Shown here: positions 48,401 through 62,142 of the stretch, piece by piece | Layout of the letters: the number at the start of each line of letters is the position of its first letter | How positions within the stretch are numbered: position 1 is the first letter of the stretch | Source: Trypethelium eluteriae | Lineage: Eukaryota | DNA length: 64,000 bases | Assembly: GCA_051942245.1 (NCBI GenBank) | Contig: JAVECL010000010.1 | Location: 1 to 64,000 of the forward strand | Direction of reading: 5' to 3' | Notes under the pieces: model-generated | Seen by the model: the letters and a program-made list of their open reading frames with translations, nothing else | Told to the model about the DNA's origin: nothing | Databases searched by the model: none | Position numbers and translations under genes: made by a program

Positions 48401-49540
48401 CTAAGCTGCTCCGTATTTCATCTTTAGCAACTCTGGTCTCTCCTTCGCCATCTTATGGAATACCGCAATATCGCCTTTTCGACGCGACGCATTCAACTGA
48501 TGCAGCAACACATCCAGAACCATCAATCCCATCATATCGTCCACCTCCGGCACAATCTCCCTTCCAACCAGCACATCCAGGAATTCCCTCCCCACAGTTG
48601 CACGCTGTTGCATATCTTCACCATCTCCGGCCTCATCCCCCTGCGCTGCCTGCTCCTCCTCACTCTCCGCAGGCACAAACAGCATTCGCACAAACTCTTC
48701 CAGCTGCCTCACCCCCTCATCATTCAGCGTCTCAATCCCCGCTACGTCCGCTTCCATAGTCCCCCATCCTACATCTTCTGCCACCGCCTGCAACAAATCC
48801 CGCAGCTCGCCATGCTGGTAGTCATACGCGTAGAGATCACTCCTCCTCTGATGCCTTAACGCCGTACACGTGAGCGTCGCATCCAGCGGCCTCGTGGCCA
48901 CCACCGCTGCATCACCCGGGCCGTAGTGCGCAGTGACCCAGACTTCCGAGTAAAAGATCGGGGCGTCGTCATACTCGATCTCTTCGCCATCAGATCCCAT
49001 CCAGACATTATCATCGGGGCAGACGGCGGACTCGATGGGCTGCGTCATCGTCCTGTAGCCGTACGAGAGCTCAAGCACCATGTCCGGAACTTGCGGGTCG
49101 GCGGGGACGAGGTAGAAGCGGGCGTGCACGTTGAGCTCCTGTTGGTGCAGGCCCTTGCCGAGGGCTTCGTTGGTGTCGATCTTGCGGCCGAAGGCTGCGA
49201 GGCTGATCTCGCCGCGCAGGGTGATACTAGAGAGCTCGAGAGCTTCGCGGAGGTGGGCGGCTGGGCCGCGGAGCGCGTTCGCGGTCTGGATTTCGGAGAG
49301 GAGCGCTTCTTGGTTTGCGTGGGGGAGCGCGTTGATCTCGGCGAGACATTCATCGACACTCTTTTCCGTTTTGTCAAGGGTTAACTCGCTGGCGCTCGTG
49401 GGGGCCCGTAAGCGGACGGTCCTACGTAGAGGGTCGATGGCGCGCTGATATGCGAGGTAGTGTTCGAGAGCGGTCGTGAACCGAGCAAGGTCTTCATCAT
49501 CTAAAGTCTGAATCGACCGAGAGAGGTTCCTGAGAGACAT
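48401..49540 (-). CDS. Hypothetical protein, acidic, intronless, unknown family
   Basis: Long GC-rich ORF (421 codons stop to stop). Likely start MSLRNLSRS at 49540. No recognised motif. Confidence 0.7.
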   Translation of the reverse strand: MSLRNLSRSIQTLDDEDLARFTTALEHYLAYQRAIDPLRRTVRLRAPTSASELTLDKTEKSVDECLAEINALPHANQEALLSEIQTANALRGPAAHLREALELSSITLRGEISLAAFGRKIDTNEALGKGLHQQELNVHARFYLVPADPQVPDMVLELSYGYRTMTQPIESAVCPDDNVWMGSDGEEIEYDDAPIFYSEVWVTAHYGPGDAAVVATRPLDATLTCTALRHQRRSDLYAYDYQHGELRDLLQAVAEDVGWGTMEADVAGIETLNDEGVRQLEEFVRMLFVPAESEEEQAAQGDEAGDGEDMQQRATVGREFLDVLVGREIVPEVDDMMGLMVLDVLLHQLNASRRKGDIAVFHKMAKERPELLKMKYGAA

Positions 49541-49935
49541 CTTTCTCAGGCCTTCACGATGATTAGGGAACGCCATGGGAGGCAGAAGAATGCCAGGGCT
49601 TCCGGTTGGCCACATGACGTTCTGCAAGTGAGAAAAGTATGGTGAAAACCTATGCGTGTAGGACACAACATGAGCGTGCGGAGACCGCTTAATTTCCTTA
49701 TATCACAGAGAAGGCCTAAGTCTATACCCGAGTTGGCGGGGAGCTGTTACCTGTGGTTGCGGTGACCCAGGCACAGTTTTGTGATAGAACGAAGTTGTGA
49801 CTATGGGAGTCACCCTCCGTTGACTGCATCAATGTACCAGATCGTAGGAAGTAGATGGGCAAGCCGATTTGGATATCATAATGGTTCAGGGGCTTCGCGA
49901 GTGCGACCAAATTGATTGACACTGTCTATACTAAT

Positions 49936-51368
49936 TTAAGCGTGGAGGCTATCGTAGACTGCCTTTTCGCATCCCGCCCAAGAACCGAGAACTTGCATAT
50001 CTGCGTTGTTGTGAGCATTCAGGTGTTCAGCTGCTTTCAATCTTAATGACGATATACTCACTGGCAAAAGGCACAATCTGCGAGGCAATAATGCCTGCGA
50101 CTCCATTTTCCCTATCGCACCACCAGAACAAGTTTGGCAATCCCGCCCAATGGACTGTCCCGTTACTCCTTCCGGTTCCCTTGCCCTTGCCAGATTCATC
50201 GGTACTAATGAAAAATGATAGACCCCATCCCTGTGGTGGGTTTCCTTCTTGAGGATACACGTCGGGAAGGGCGTTTGTTAGCTCAGGCTTCGCTGCTGCA
50301 ATTCCTTGTCGGCCAAAGTCGGGGAATTGAGGAATGTGGTTTCGGAACATATTGTCGACCGTCTCTGGTTTAAGAATCTGCGCGTTGGTTGTCGGAGAGG
50401 TTCCGTTGTTCAGAAGCGTGGCCAGAATCTCTGATTGAGGCGAGGCCAGTCAGGGTACAGGTTCCAAGTGGAAATCATCTCGGAAACTGATAGACTTACT
50501 GCAGTATTCGGTAGGCTTTGCAAAGCAGCCTGCCCCGCCACTGTTGAAGATGTGTTTCTTCTCGTGGTCAGTTTTAGCCGTCATAGCGCGCTGATGGATA
50601 TGATCTCTCTCCCTGACGCTGCCATCGAGGTCAGTTTGGTGCATACTGGCAAGTCGCGCCTTCATCTCTTCACTTGGAAACATAGAAATTTCTGTAATCC
50701 CAAGAGGTCCAAAGATGTGCTTTTGAAAGTAGTCATTCAGGCTCAATCCAGAAACACGTTCGACAGCAATACCAGCCCAATCTAAGTTAATTCCATATTC
50801 CCATCTTGTGCCAGGCTGGTTGACCAATGGCATATTCATAAAGTCTGCCACATCGCCATTAAATTCGGAGAAGCCAATGGGTCGCCCGTAGTTGCGGAGT
50901 TTCTCATTGAATAAGGTGTAGCCAAATCCGGCAGTATGAGTTAGAAGCATCTCTAAAGTGATTTCACCCTGCTTTGGTTCCAGTTGCCCTTGATCATTTA
51001 GATACTTCTTGTCAGTGAGCTCTGGAAGCACCTTATAAAGTTGGCCAGCATCATCAAGCGAAAGTTTTCCTTGTTCTACCAGCTGCATGCATGCAATACC
51101 TGTGATCATCTTTGTGCCTTCCGAAGATTAGTCAGTTTTGTCGCAGATTGCCACGCGAGTGCCTACAAGAAGCAATCCAGAAGACTGAATCCATAGACAT
51201 AGGCTCGTTTCGATAAAGTCCGAGCTTTCCGGATGCGTGCGATGCAACAATGGAGCCCTTCTTGTCCACAGCGGCAAACACCATCCCCGGGACCCCATTC
51301 TTCGGGTCGGATGTCACGCTATCAAGTGTTGCCTTAACGCCCGATTGAGCCTTTTCCCAGATTGCCAT
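49936..51368 (-). CDS. Serine beta-lactamase-family esterase/transesterase (LovD/EstB-like fold)
   Basis: FWIASCTK (SxxK split by an intron), LLTHTAGFGY, PGTRWEYG, GGAG, WGLSF, WAGLPNLFWWCDRE; three introns. Confidence 0.9.
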
Positions 51369-51800
51369 ATTGGTGCAACTTTCTCAGAACTGAGCAATCG
51401 TTGAGGAACGGAAAAGCAGCCGAGGGATCTCGAGAGATATTGTAAATTCTTGGAGATGTCATGCTTTTCGGGAATGTCTCTGTCAATGCGATGAATGGCA
51501 TGGTCTTACCCTGGCGAGACCGGCCAACCCCACCATACCCCGCGTCGCACTAAACATCTCCGGAGATCCTAGAAGAGATCCAAGAACTAGATGGAGTGCC
51601 AAATCAATAGTGCTAGCCCATTGGTATAGCTACGAATAGAGGCTGCACAAGGTCGGATTCCCGTGTCAGAGGGGCCAAGCGGCAGATCCTAGCTCGGAGT
51701 GCTTGCCAAGAACGACTCAAACCTCACTGTTGAAATTAGTATACCTCTTGCAGAATGATCCGTCACGGATGGAATCCTGCAATCGCGCACATGCCGTCAT

Positions 51801-53576
51801 CTAGCGGGATTTTTTTCCTCTAGCGATTGCCTTTCTGACTTCCTTGACTGCGGCCATAATCAAAGGCACGGCTACTGGACCGAGAAGTGGCAGATACACA
51901 GCTACTTTATGTTCATCCGGAAAGTAGACTTGACCTACCATTGCAGGTTCGAAGAAAGCCTTCTCAACTTCTCTGTCTGCGATCCTGCTGTTCTCTAGGG
52001 CGGTTTGAAATTTGCCTTCTCGCAAATCGTCGCAAGCGCGGTGCAGATGAGCAATGGTAAGATCGACTGACTCTGCAACGGTATCTGGAATAGAGATCGA
52101 AGGGAGAGCACGAGTGAGGCGAGCCAGCGATCCGAGAGTGGAAGAAGCAGAGAAAAGCAGTGACGCAGCACGCACTCGAACTAGGGTGGAAAGGCGTAGC
52201 GGCAGCGAGGAAGGGGTCTCGGGAACACCCAAAAGGGACAAAAGTTGATTCGAAAAGGTAAAGAACGGCCCTTCAAGCATCTCTTTGGTCAGTCTCTTTG
52301 AAGCTGCATGAGCCTTGTCGTTTCCAGTAGGTAAATTCAAGATGCGTACACCACCCCATTGCGGAAGAAGCCAGCTATCTCCACCATTTTCTTTGATGAG
52401 CAGCGGGGTTCGACTTTCAGAAGGGACATAGAGGACAAAGTTGACGGTTGGCCCTTCCCCTATGCTAGGACTGAGGGGCCATTCAGCTGCGTTAATGAAT
52501 CCACTGAGATCTTCCCTCCGCAATACCCATGATTTGGAATGCTCATCGTACTCCGGCTCATGGATTGACGGTGCAAAAGTTGCATAGAGCTGAACCTGAG
52601 TGTCAACCGTGAAATTGCTGATAGGTGCGAGTGCTTGAAGTAAAGCAGTCATATGATCTTCAAGAGCAGCTTCTATAGCCCAATCCGATGGCTGAAAATT
52701 TGGCGTAAACAGGGAGAACGTCAAATGATATGTTGCAGCCGATTTGACAGATCGTGTCGTCCGCTTGGCAAGACTTTCGGCCACTTCTCGAGACAAGGCC
52801 GGTGACTCAATCCCTGCCGCGCTCGAACTTGAAGATAGTAGGTATGCAAGGATGGCCTTCTCTTCCCCATATAAATTTTGTAGTTCAAGTGCAATGAAGG
52901 TCGCCAACGGCGAAGATGTGGATGAAGGTGATGGAAGCTGGTTGGTCGTATAAAAAACATCGAGCACCGAGTCGTACGGATGTAGACTGGCTCGAGGCGT
53001 GTTACCATTTGAGGAAGGCACAAGACGAATGGTGAGAGCAATGTTTGTGTCATCCAATCCAGCCACGTCTGGCGGATGCATTGCTTGTGAGTCATTGTTC
53101 TGCCTTGTTGATTCGGAAAGAAGCAATCGTAAATGGTGAGCAGAGAACTCGTTGTGGTCATCGATTGCGTGCTGAGTGGTACGCAGTAGATGTTGAGCAT
53201 CTGCAGCAGAAATATATGCAGACTCAACAGCTATCTTTAGAGGAAACTCTGGGCGACAGGCCTGCAGATAGTTAGCTTTCTTCCTTGCAGATTCGCATTC
53301 ATTTCATGCCTGTCCGTCCGCCCACGCATTCATTGCCTGAAGAGGCAGGGAGGCGCGATGGATCGTCGTGGTCCTCCACCATATTGGGAGACCAAGCAAG
53401 ACTGCAATCGCCCAGAAAGAAGTAATTGTGAGAAGACGCGTCCAGGTGGCTGTTGTCGATTCTGAAGGTGGCTGCTTCGGGGTCGTTACGGCGTCTACAA
53501 CACGATCGCCGGGCTTGATAGACGGTGAAGCAGCAGGCTGACCATTTCCATCTGCTTGACCACCATCGACCGACAT
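51801..53576 (-). CDS. gpi17: GPI transamidase subunit PIG-S / Gpi17
   Basis: N-terminal TM LGLPIWWRTTTIHRASLP, NFTVDTQVQLYA, LSGFINAAEWPL, NFVLYVP, LPQWGGV, TLGSLARL, AFFEPAMVGQVYFPDEHKVAVYLPLLGP; one 48 nt intron 53262-53309. Confidence 0.93.
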
Positions 53577-55904
53577 GATGGTGATCCAATTGGCTCGAAT
53601 AAATAGCTTTGGCTGGCAAGACGAATAGCCAAAGCTTTTGGGGCTCGAAGACAACTTTTTTTGCCGTGCGGAGTAGAACACACGGGACGTCGGAAGAAGC
53701 CGGCCTCCGTGCACAGCCAAACGACTCTGCATCTGCGCAGGTACCTACCCCGTAGAGTACACTGTGAAGACGTAGGTACGATGTACGATAACCTGATGAC
53801 TTAAGAGGGTACAGGATATCCCATCGTATATCTCTACTGCCTTATCGATTTACACCCAAAACTTAAGCAGTCCGGCTCCGCGGAAAGTTGTGGGCTTTCT
53901 CTGTTATCGTAGTCTTTAGACAGACTCCGAATATTCCATGGTGTCGAGCTCCTGGACATCTACTGTTGGTTCCAACCCAGCTTCACCCCCCGGCATTTGT
54001 AGGTCAGACAACATGATAGAGAGTGAGGAATGAAAGGAGCAGCTATGACGGTTCCCATCAGATCGCACGATTTCAAAGTTATCAAGGACACCGCGTATGA
54101 AGCTTTGTCTGTCATGCGATGACCGTAAACATGATAACCGTTCATGTACCTTCAACCCTCGATTCATCATATGAGGCGGGTTTGTGACATGAATACTCAT
54201 AGTAACACACTCGCTTATCCTCTCATACCATGAGCCAGACATCAATTAGGTAAGAAAAATACCAGGGCGCACAGAAGTTCACGACACAACTACACGGTAG
54301 AGCGAAAATTCTCTTGCAATATTTCTCTAGTGTGAACAGGGTTGAAATGCCTCTTGGTCATGGAGTTTCTTCCTCAATGAGTGGGCTACTACCAAAGGTA
54401 CCCAAGGACAAAGAGTTTTTGGAAGAGCATGTAATTAATCTCACCTTCGCTAGAGGTACGGTGTACTCTCGCGGTGGCTGTATTGCTCGAAGGAAGCTGA
54501 ATGAGTTTTGAGGCCTACCAAGAACCCTAATCGTCAGGCCCGCCGAAGCGTTCCTGAGACTTTTCATCGAACATATTCAGGGACCTGTGGAGCTATTTGG
54601 GATTGCTGCTATGTTGCGACGTTCAAAGGTCAATACTAGTAATCGTCGTCTCCACACTGCACTTTCTCATGTTCTTCCGTTCCTTGAGGAAAGAGGGAAT
54701 CGAGGGTTTGTACGGCGTTTTATGCACAGGCCAATCCAACCTTCTTTAGCAGACACGGACATCGTCTGAAAGTCTATTCGACTCACAGCAGATTACAGCT
54801 TGGGCTAAGTTGGTACTGTCCTTCGAACATACTACTGATATGGAAATGTTGAGGAGCTACTTTCTGACTGAGACACGTCGCGCGTCTCGGTCGAAGAAAT
54901 TCCGTCCGGCCGAGATTCCCGCACCTGCAGCAACCGCTGCGACACTATCTTTGTCCGTCCCATCGATCGACTAGCCCCTGCAATCATCATGTCTAGCAAT
55001 CGAGAGCTTGGAGCATAGGTGCCCCTTTCCATACACCGAACTAGAAACCAACCTTCAGGCTACCAAACTTCAGTCTAAGAAGAACGGGATGTTTGACTCG
55101 ACGCCCTCGGGGACGATCCAGCTTTAGCGAGCAAAGACGGGCCAAGCCTCAAAACCCTGCCTGCAAGGTACGACGGTACAACGTCATCCGGCATTGCGAT
55201 AGCCACGCTCGCCACCATAGCATCATAGGTTCATCGAACACGAGCTCAGACCGGAATACGCAAGAAATTGGACTCGTCGATCTAGATACGCCCCAGGATG
55301 CCGGGATAAGCCTTGGAAATCAAGTGGAGTCGCATGGTCGTATCGGGAAGCTGCGCAAAGATGGAACGATGTATATTAGTTATTGTCTTGATGTACGACC
55401 AAACTTCCAGGCGACACCGACGGCGTCATCCGTACTGACGGGGCGCGTGGCAAGTGACAGCTTGGTTACGCGGCTAGAATATGCGTTTTCGGCGGGCCGC
55501 CTGCATGTCTGGTACCGAGCTCATCCGTGGCATGGTGGTTCCGCGTGGCTAGAAACTCGAGTTTCAATATACGAGAGGCTTCGAGGATGACCTCGAATGT
55601 CGTGGCATCATGCATTGTCGGATCTTGACTTCACACACAAGCAGTTTCGTCAGCAGAAACAAGCAGGGTAAGGTCCTTGTTTTGTCCATTATTACAAACA
55701 TTTGTATGATTTCGAGCTCTAAACGTTGCGAGAGCAAAGCGAGTAAGCGCCGCAAACTTGCCCAATTCCACATTAAGCTTTTTACATTATTCTTGTTGTC
55801 TAAGTCGTCAACCCTGTTGCACATCCCCAAAGATCCATGTGCCAGTGCCACGCTCCATTTCCCCTCATGCCATCCTCGTCAAAGTTTCCCGATGTAGCCC
55901 CAGA

Positions 55905-57322
55905 TTAGTGGTGTGTTGATGCATTACCAGCGAAGACGAAGTCTCCATTGACGGTAGCTGTGCTCTTACTGAGCGGAGCACCAAAGTAGTCCAGTTCGAT
56001 TTGCCTGGTGTTGAGCTGTACGCCTCATGTCAGCATCTCATCTTAGAGGTTGAGGGATGTATTTTGGGTATACTTACGAAGGTAGTATTTCCTCTCCACG
56101 CGTTAATATCGGACTGTCCCAAAAGCGCCATCTCCGTTATCAACTCCTGCTGAAGAATGCTGATCATCTTCGATACACCCTGCTGACCGTAGACGTTCGA
56201 ATACATGGGTGAGCGTCCGAGACCGACAGCTCGCACTCCAAGCGCAATGAGCGCCAGCACGTGAGTGGCGCGGCGGACGCCACCATCAGCATAGATCTCC
56301 AGTTGCGAGAAGACCTCGGGATACTGATTATGGACGTCAAGCAGAATCTCGATGGCAGTCGGTGCAAGGTCAACGACCCGCCCGCCGTGATTCGATATGT
56401 ATACAGCGGGGAAGCCTAGGTCAGCACAGAGCTTCACATCGTGAGCTGTCTTGACACCCTTTGGCACGATCGGCAGAGACGTCATGTTCCTCAGCTGGTT
56501 GAGCGCTTGGATTGTGAATGTTGCGCTGTGGCCCGTGTCACCACCACCTTCAAAGCGTAGCGAGCGATCCCTAATGCCATTGACACCCGTATTGTCAACG
56601 GTCAAGAAGATGGCTTTGAAGCCAGCGGCCTCAATCTGCTGTAGCTCTGTCTGCAAGCGGTTCTGGTCACTCCAGATGTACTCCTGGTGGAACATGACCT
56701 GGCCAGGGGCGGCGGCAGCGCCAATGGTCTGAATGGACTGTGTCGAAGAGATAGAAGGAACGTAGAGGGCGCCGGCGGCGCCAGCGGCTTTGACAAGGTT
56801 GGTCTCGGCACCAGAGCTAGCACGACCAGCCTGGGCAGCTGGGGCAATGAAGAAAGGAAGGCTGAAGTTATAGCCCAGGATGGTGGTTCTAGAAAGTTTG
56901 CCAGTTAGAATGCAGGCCCTTTGCAATTCTGAAGAAGTCTGAAGCATACGCTAAGTTTAGGTTCGATACATCTACAAAACTGAAGCCATTGAGACGCAGC
57001 TTTTCCCAGATGAATAGATTATTATTATAAGCTACTTGCGGTCAGCTCACGTACTTTTTTGAAGTGGATTTACACCAGAGGCTTACTTACTGATTTCATC
57101 CAGCGCGCCTGTACGATAGTAGGCATAGTTTGCACCTGAGAGGGTATTCTTGGCCGCAATCTGCATATCGTTGAGGTCTACCAGATCAGCAATTGGAGGT
57201 GCCGTCCCTGTGGTCCATGATGAGGTGTCTAGACCAGTATCTGGAAGGCCCTCCATGTCAATCACTACGGCATGAGCAGAGAAGCTCAGCCCGACGGCCA
57301 GAAAAGCTAGTGAATGAAGCAT
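55905..57322 (-). CDS. FMN-dependent alpha-hydroxy acid dehydrogenase/oxidase with N-terminal signal-like peptide
   Basis: YAYYRTGA, PFFIAPA, GFKAIFLTVD, PIVPKGV, ISNHGGR, YADGGVRR, GLGR; three introns; N-terminus MLHSLAFLAVGLSFSAHA. Confidence 0.9.
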
Positions 57323-60300
57323 TATTGCTGCTGTAAGCTCAACGCAATTGAACTGAGGGACTCCGAAGGGAAAGGACTCCTCTCTTAACAAAGAAGGCCA
57401 GGAGAGAAGAGAGGATAAGGAGAGAAATGACTCGCGGGCCGATCGTAAAGAGCAGCTCATATGCTGGCCATGGCGAGCTTATGTAGCTTCCGGGTATCCG
57501 TAACTATCGATCGTCGCTGGGTTGCAGTACCTCGCGGCAAATACCCAAGGACGTGGTATTTCTCAGAAGCTAAGGCAGGTGAGCAAGCCTTTGCAAATAT
57601 CAGATGTGGGTATGGAGGAGCTCATCGAGCCGCTCCTTGTATGGAGTGACCCTTGTCGCGCTCACGAGCCCCACCTCGAAAGGGTCTGGCTGCACAGAAT
57701 AGAGTATGGCGGCATCGTGAGCAGTGCGGACGGTTGGGATCAGGGCTCATTCGATAGTTAGCTGGGCGCATATGTCGTTAGATCTGCAGAGACGGTTTGT
57801 GCCCCCGTGCGAAACTATGGAGGAGAAGTAAAAATATCTGAACCCTGGCAGATCGACATCAACGAGCTGCCCTATTGGCACCCTGGAGATGGACGGGCCA
57901 AGATTCCAGCCTCGGTTCCCTGTCATCAGCCGTTTCCTCCGGACTTGTTGAGGCGCTCGCTAATGCGCGGGTTAGAAGCTGTCCATCAGCGCTTTACCAT
58001 CAGCGGCGCCTTTCCCCGGGTTCGCCAAGGACCCCAAGGAGATTTTTCAATGGCTGAAGCGCAAGCCATCGCTTATGCTTTCTGCAATTCAGTTTGGCAG
58101 GTGGCCATCAATAATACCTCTGTCATCCTTCGACCTGTCGGTATATGAAGGCGCCAAAATGATCGGTTCTCACTGGAGGCTAGGCTGCTGGAGTAGCAAG
58201 GCTATTGATATCTTTGGACAGTCGCTTGTGAAGAGCGATTTAGGTCGCACACCTTCCAAGAGCCACATATGCGGTCTCAGCGAGGTCGATTGTAGGTCCT
58301 GATGATTGACCTAGCGATTCAGACCTGGAAAAGTGATTGGAAAAGCGCACCAATGAGTGTAGGCCTGTCCTCCAGTTCCACCACATCGAGCCCGTTTTCT
58401 GGCGCAGATGCAAACTGCGCGATGATGCGAAGACGATAACCTGTCCGGACATCTCTCCCCACGTGGCGAGAATACCGTCAAGGTCACACTATGAACTGGA
58501 TGGTTTGCAAGAGAGTAGTAAGCAACAGCAGAAGTTTCGCTGGAAGGGGTCGACCGCAGTCTGCATGGAGCTGGGTTTGGCTAGCGAGATCTGCATTACC
58601 CTTAACAGGAATCCCATGCTTTTATCCGAGTGGAGGCAGAACTGAATAATGCAAACGCCTGCGAATGCTCTTCGATGTAAGTGGGTGATACCTCCATACA
58701 GATCATTGTCGCTTCCCCTGTACATACTGACACATCCAGGTATCTATGCTGCACCTAATAATACCTGATCTATCTGCCGACGGGAGAAGCGACAGGAGAG
58801 TTGTCACGCGCTCTTTCCTCCGCAGAAGTGGCATGATAGCTGTCCAGCCATTGACCAGGGTGTGGCTCTCTCCAAACGAGGCTGAATCTAACCAAGCACC
58901 TAAGGGTCCAACACGCATGGTGGTGGTGGTAGGGCAGGGTAAGGTACGTGGGTACCTACAGGGTCGGCATCAGACGGGAAGGTCCGACCTACCTGGCGGT
59001 GCTCGCCGTATGTGGAGAAGTCTCCGCTATCTCCCATCCTCCTCTTATCCAACATAAAAACAAATACAAAGCCTACCGTTAGGTACCTACGTAGTACAAT
59101 CTGTACGTCGGCGACGTTTGAACCCGTCGTGCGGACTGCATTGAACGGCTCTCACCGCCTCTTGTTGGTTTTACGTTCCGTTGAGGTAAGAGGCATCGTT
59201 TGCTCCTGGCGAACCCGCCACAAAGCCCCACCAGGGCAAATGAGAGATGTATGAGGTAACTGCACATCAGCCTCGAACTCCGTAATCTTGCATACAAAGC
59301 CTCATCAATAAACTGTAAACTTGTGCCATTCCGGCGTGGATCAATCTTGGAGAGGTCTTGCTGATAGCAAGGTACCCAGCGGTAGCATGCATTTACTTCT
59401 CTATAAATAGCTACCTTATGTAATTCCAGCCTCGTGGACATTGGTAAAAGAACAAACATTTCTTGAATACAAAGTCAACCCAGCGGCACAGTGACAACGT
59501 GCAAATAACCACGAAGTCCCAATTTACATTGGGTAACAGATCTCCTGTTACCCGAATCATCATTCTCTACAGGTGATGGTGAATCGAACCACGTACTTCG
59601 TGCCGATGGTACGTCCTTGCGTATTGTTGGCGTTCTGACGGTCGAACCGAATGCAAGATAGCCGCCCCTAGCCTAAGAACACTACCTGATGTTTAGAAAG
59701 GGAGAAATGAGACTTGAGGACAGGACCAATCCAGTGGCCTAAGCAAGCAGATGGCCATTTCAGGCCCACAAAATTCATTATGTTCCGGCCGATTGTTTCC
59801 CGACACGAAAAGCAACTCACACCGGATCGTTCGTATGGAGCCTTGCCTGTTTGCACACCCGAAGTCTTCGTAATTGAATACAGCAACATCCAAGCAGTTG
59901 CTCAGTGTATCATCGTATCGAGTCTAAAGAAGCCTTACCTGAAGAACCCCTGCCCCACGTCACGTACGCGTACACTTTGGCCGGCAGCCGTGTCCTTGAG
60001 TACCGGCGACATCCGCATCTCCGCAGACTGTCTCCAATCCACGTTTCTGATTGCGCGCGGCAAAGAAGCTACGAAGGCTTCGAACCACCGTGCGGGCTCA
60101 AGACGCCAGGCTTCTGCGCAACGTATCTAATTCTTTGGCCGCCTCCCACGTGAGATGATCGAGCCTAGCAGCCGAGTCTTGACCAACGCACTGCAAGTTA
60201 TCAGTCAGACAAAAGCTTGCGACTGTACCAGTTCATACTGATTCGACACAATACTCGAAGTTCGTGCATTCACGTGCCCTGCGCCTCATTCTGATTCAAG

Positions 60301-61186
60301 GTGTTGAAAGACGTCGCATCTCTGTGGGGATGCATGCGACCCTGTTGCACCGTGCCTCAGACTAGAATTCCTCAGCAATGAGACTCCGCTTAGGAAACAC
60401 AGCAGTTCAGGAAGCATGATTGAACGATGTCGGCCACTTACCTGGACTAATGATTTCCTCTGGAAGGATAGACCGCTCGATGTGTCGATACTGAAAAGGA
60501 CCTGTGCTGAGGGCCAGCTATTTAGCTAACTGTATAAACGCAGCCCGCATAGAGCAACCAAATTATATTATTACCAGTGATGGTTGTGATAGAGCGAATG
60601 AATCCAGCTAGACTGGTTCATGTGAACATTGGTCACTGCATTGCTAGTGAAATAAGGACTGCCGCTGTGCGTGTTCATGAATGCTTGTTCGAAATAAGTG
60701 TGTCTTTGAGTTGGAAGAAGTGAAGACTTAAGAAGCCGCCAGGGGTCAGTATAACGACAACATGACTGTGAAAAGGTGCCAGCAGCGTGGATGTTAGAGA
60801 TGCACGGTCGAAAAAACGTGCCTCGACGGCCAAACCGTATCTAGAGACAACGAAGTTGGCACGAATGAACGACAAACCGGTCTTTCAGGTTCTTCGTACT
60901 TGCCATCCTTGGCAAGAGTAGTTGGGAGGCCTTGGATAAGGGCGGTAACGCGAGTAAAAGTGTGGAGATCAAAAGAGCGTACAGGCTAGAAAGACAAGCC
61001 TGTAAAGACGAAAGCTTGAGGCTCAGGAAGAAATGGAATTAGAGAAAGCTTTTAGATGTCATACTTCTACATCGCATACAAACCAAGCTATTGATGAAGG
61101 CTTTCAAGATCAAAATGCATCAGCACGAAATGACAGGCAGCTTCAGTGCGCACAAGATGCCCCCAGATTTTTTCTACAGAGAACTT

Positions 61187-62142
61187 TTATCTCTCTCCTG
61201 CTAACCTCCGGCCTTGTACTTCTGTCAACGCTCTCGTTCCACTCAGGAATGCCACAACTCCCACGACAGCGACAGCAGGTAATGTCTGAAACAGATTCAA
61301 AGATGTGTAGTACGCGACGAAGATGCCCTCCAATGCTAATATAGATAGAAAGAAGACGCCATGTGCGGCAGGAGCGGTATCGAATGCCTTAGGCAAATGG
61401 CTGAAATTGGCCCCGACTGTGAGCCATGTCCCGAGGAGCACCGGCAAGGTAGCGAATATGGCAAGGGAGAAGACGATGGTAATCAAGACGTTGGGACTCT
61501 TGGGGTCCGGCTTGAAGATGTGGTGGATTTCGGGTTGCTTCCCGTACCGGACCGGTGCCGCGGTTTCCATTGGAGCGCTAGGATCGCGCTGAAGGTCGAT
61601 TTGAAAGACCTCAGTATTGATGGGAGTAGATGCGCCGAAAGAGCCGAGGACAATGGATGCTATGAGGTGTGATGTGCTTGCAAGTAATTGGAGCGGGATG
61701 TCCCTTTGAGTCTGTGTTTGTTAACCACTGCTAATCCATTCGTGGCCATCGTTCAACTGACCAATTCAACTTTGCCCTTTCCATTCTCTTTCAAGCTGAA
61801 AGGAAAAGCTTCCTCAAGTCCCGAAGCCGTGTCGGCAATTGTAAGAAATGCCTGGTGGGGCCTGGCGGGCTTCTTGCCATCCGTCGTCGTCAGGACGATC
61901 TTCAGCGAGTCTGCACCTTCGAGTGTGACAGCTTTCGATAAAGGAGATTTGGGATCAAGTCTGTACACGATAATAAGTACAAATAAAATACAGATTGCTG
62001 GATTGGCCTACTTCTCTTTCAATCCACCTCCAACGCCCGTACCTTTGCCCTGAACTGTCAGAGTAGCATCGCTGAAGCTCCAAGATGCGGCAGAGACAGC
62101 GCTGGCACTTAGAAGAGCTACAGCTCCGTATAAAGTCCGCAT
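61187..62142 (-). CDS. swp1: Oligosaccharyltransferase subunit Swp1 / ribophorin II
   Basis: Signal peptide, WSFSDATL, RPHQAFL, RYGKQPEIHHIFKPDPKSP, three C-terminal TMs, LFQTL, GTRALTEVQGRR; two introns. Confidence 0.93.

Noticed and set aside
49936..51368. lovD or a secondary-metabolite cluster
   Set aside because: No PKS, NRPS or terpene synthase in the window; the neighbours are housekeeping or unknown genes.
53900..55850. Scattered short ORFs between PIG-S and the FMN oxidase (similarly 57500-61000)
   Set aside because: No motifs, consistent strand or splice structure.
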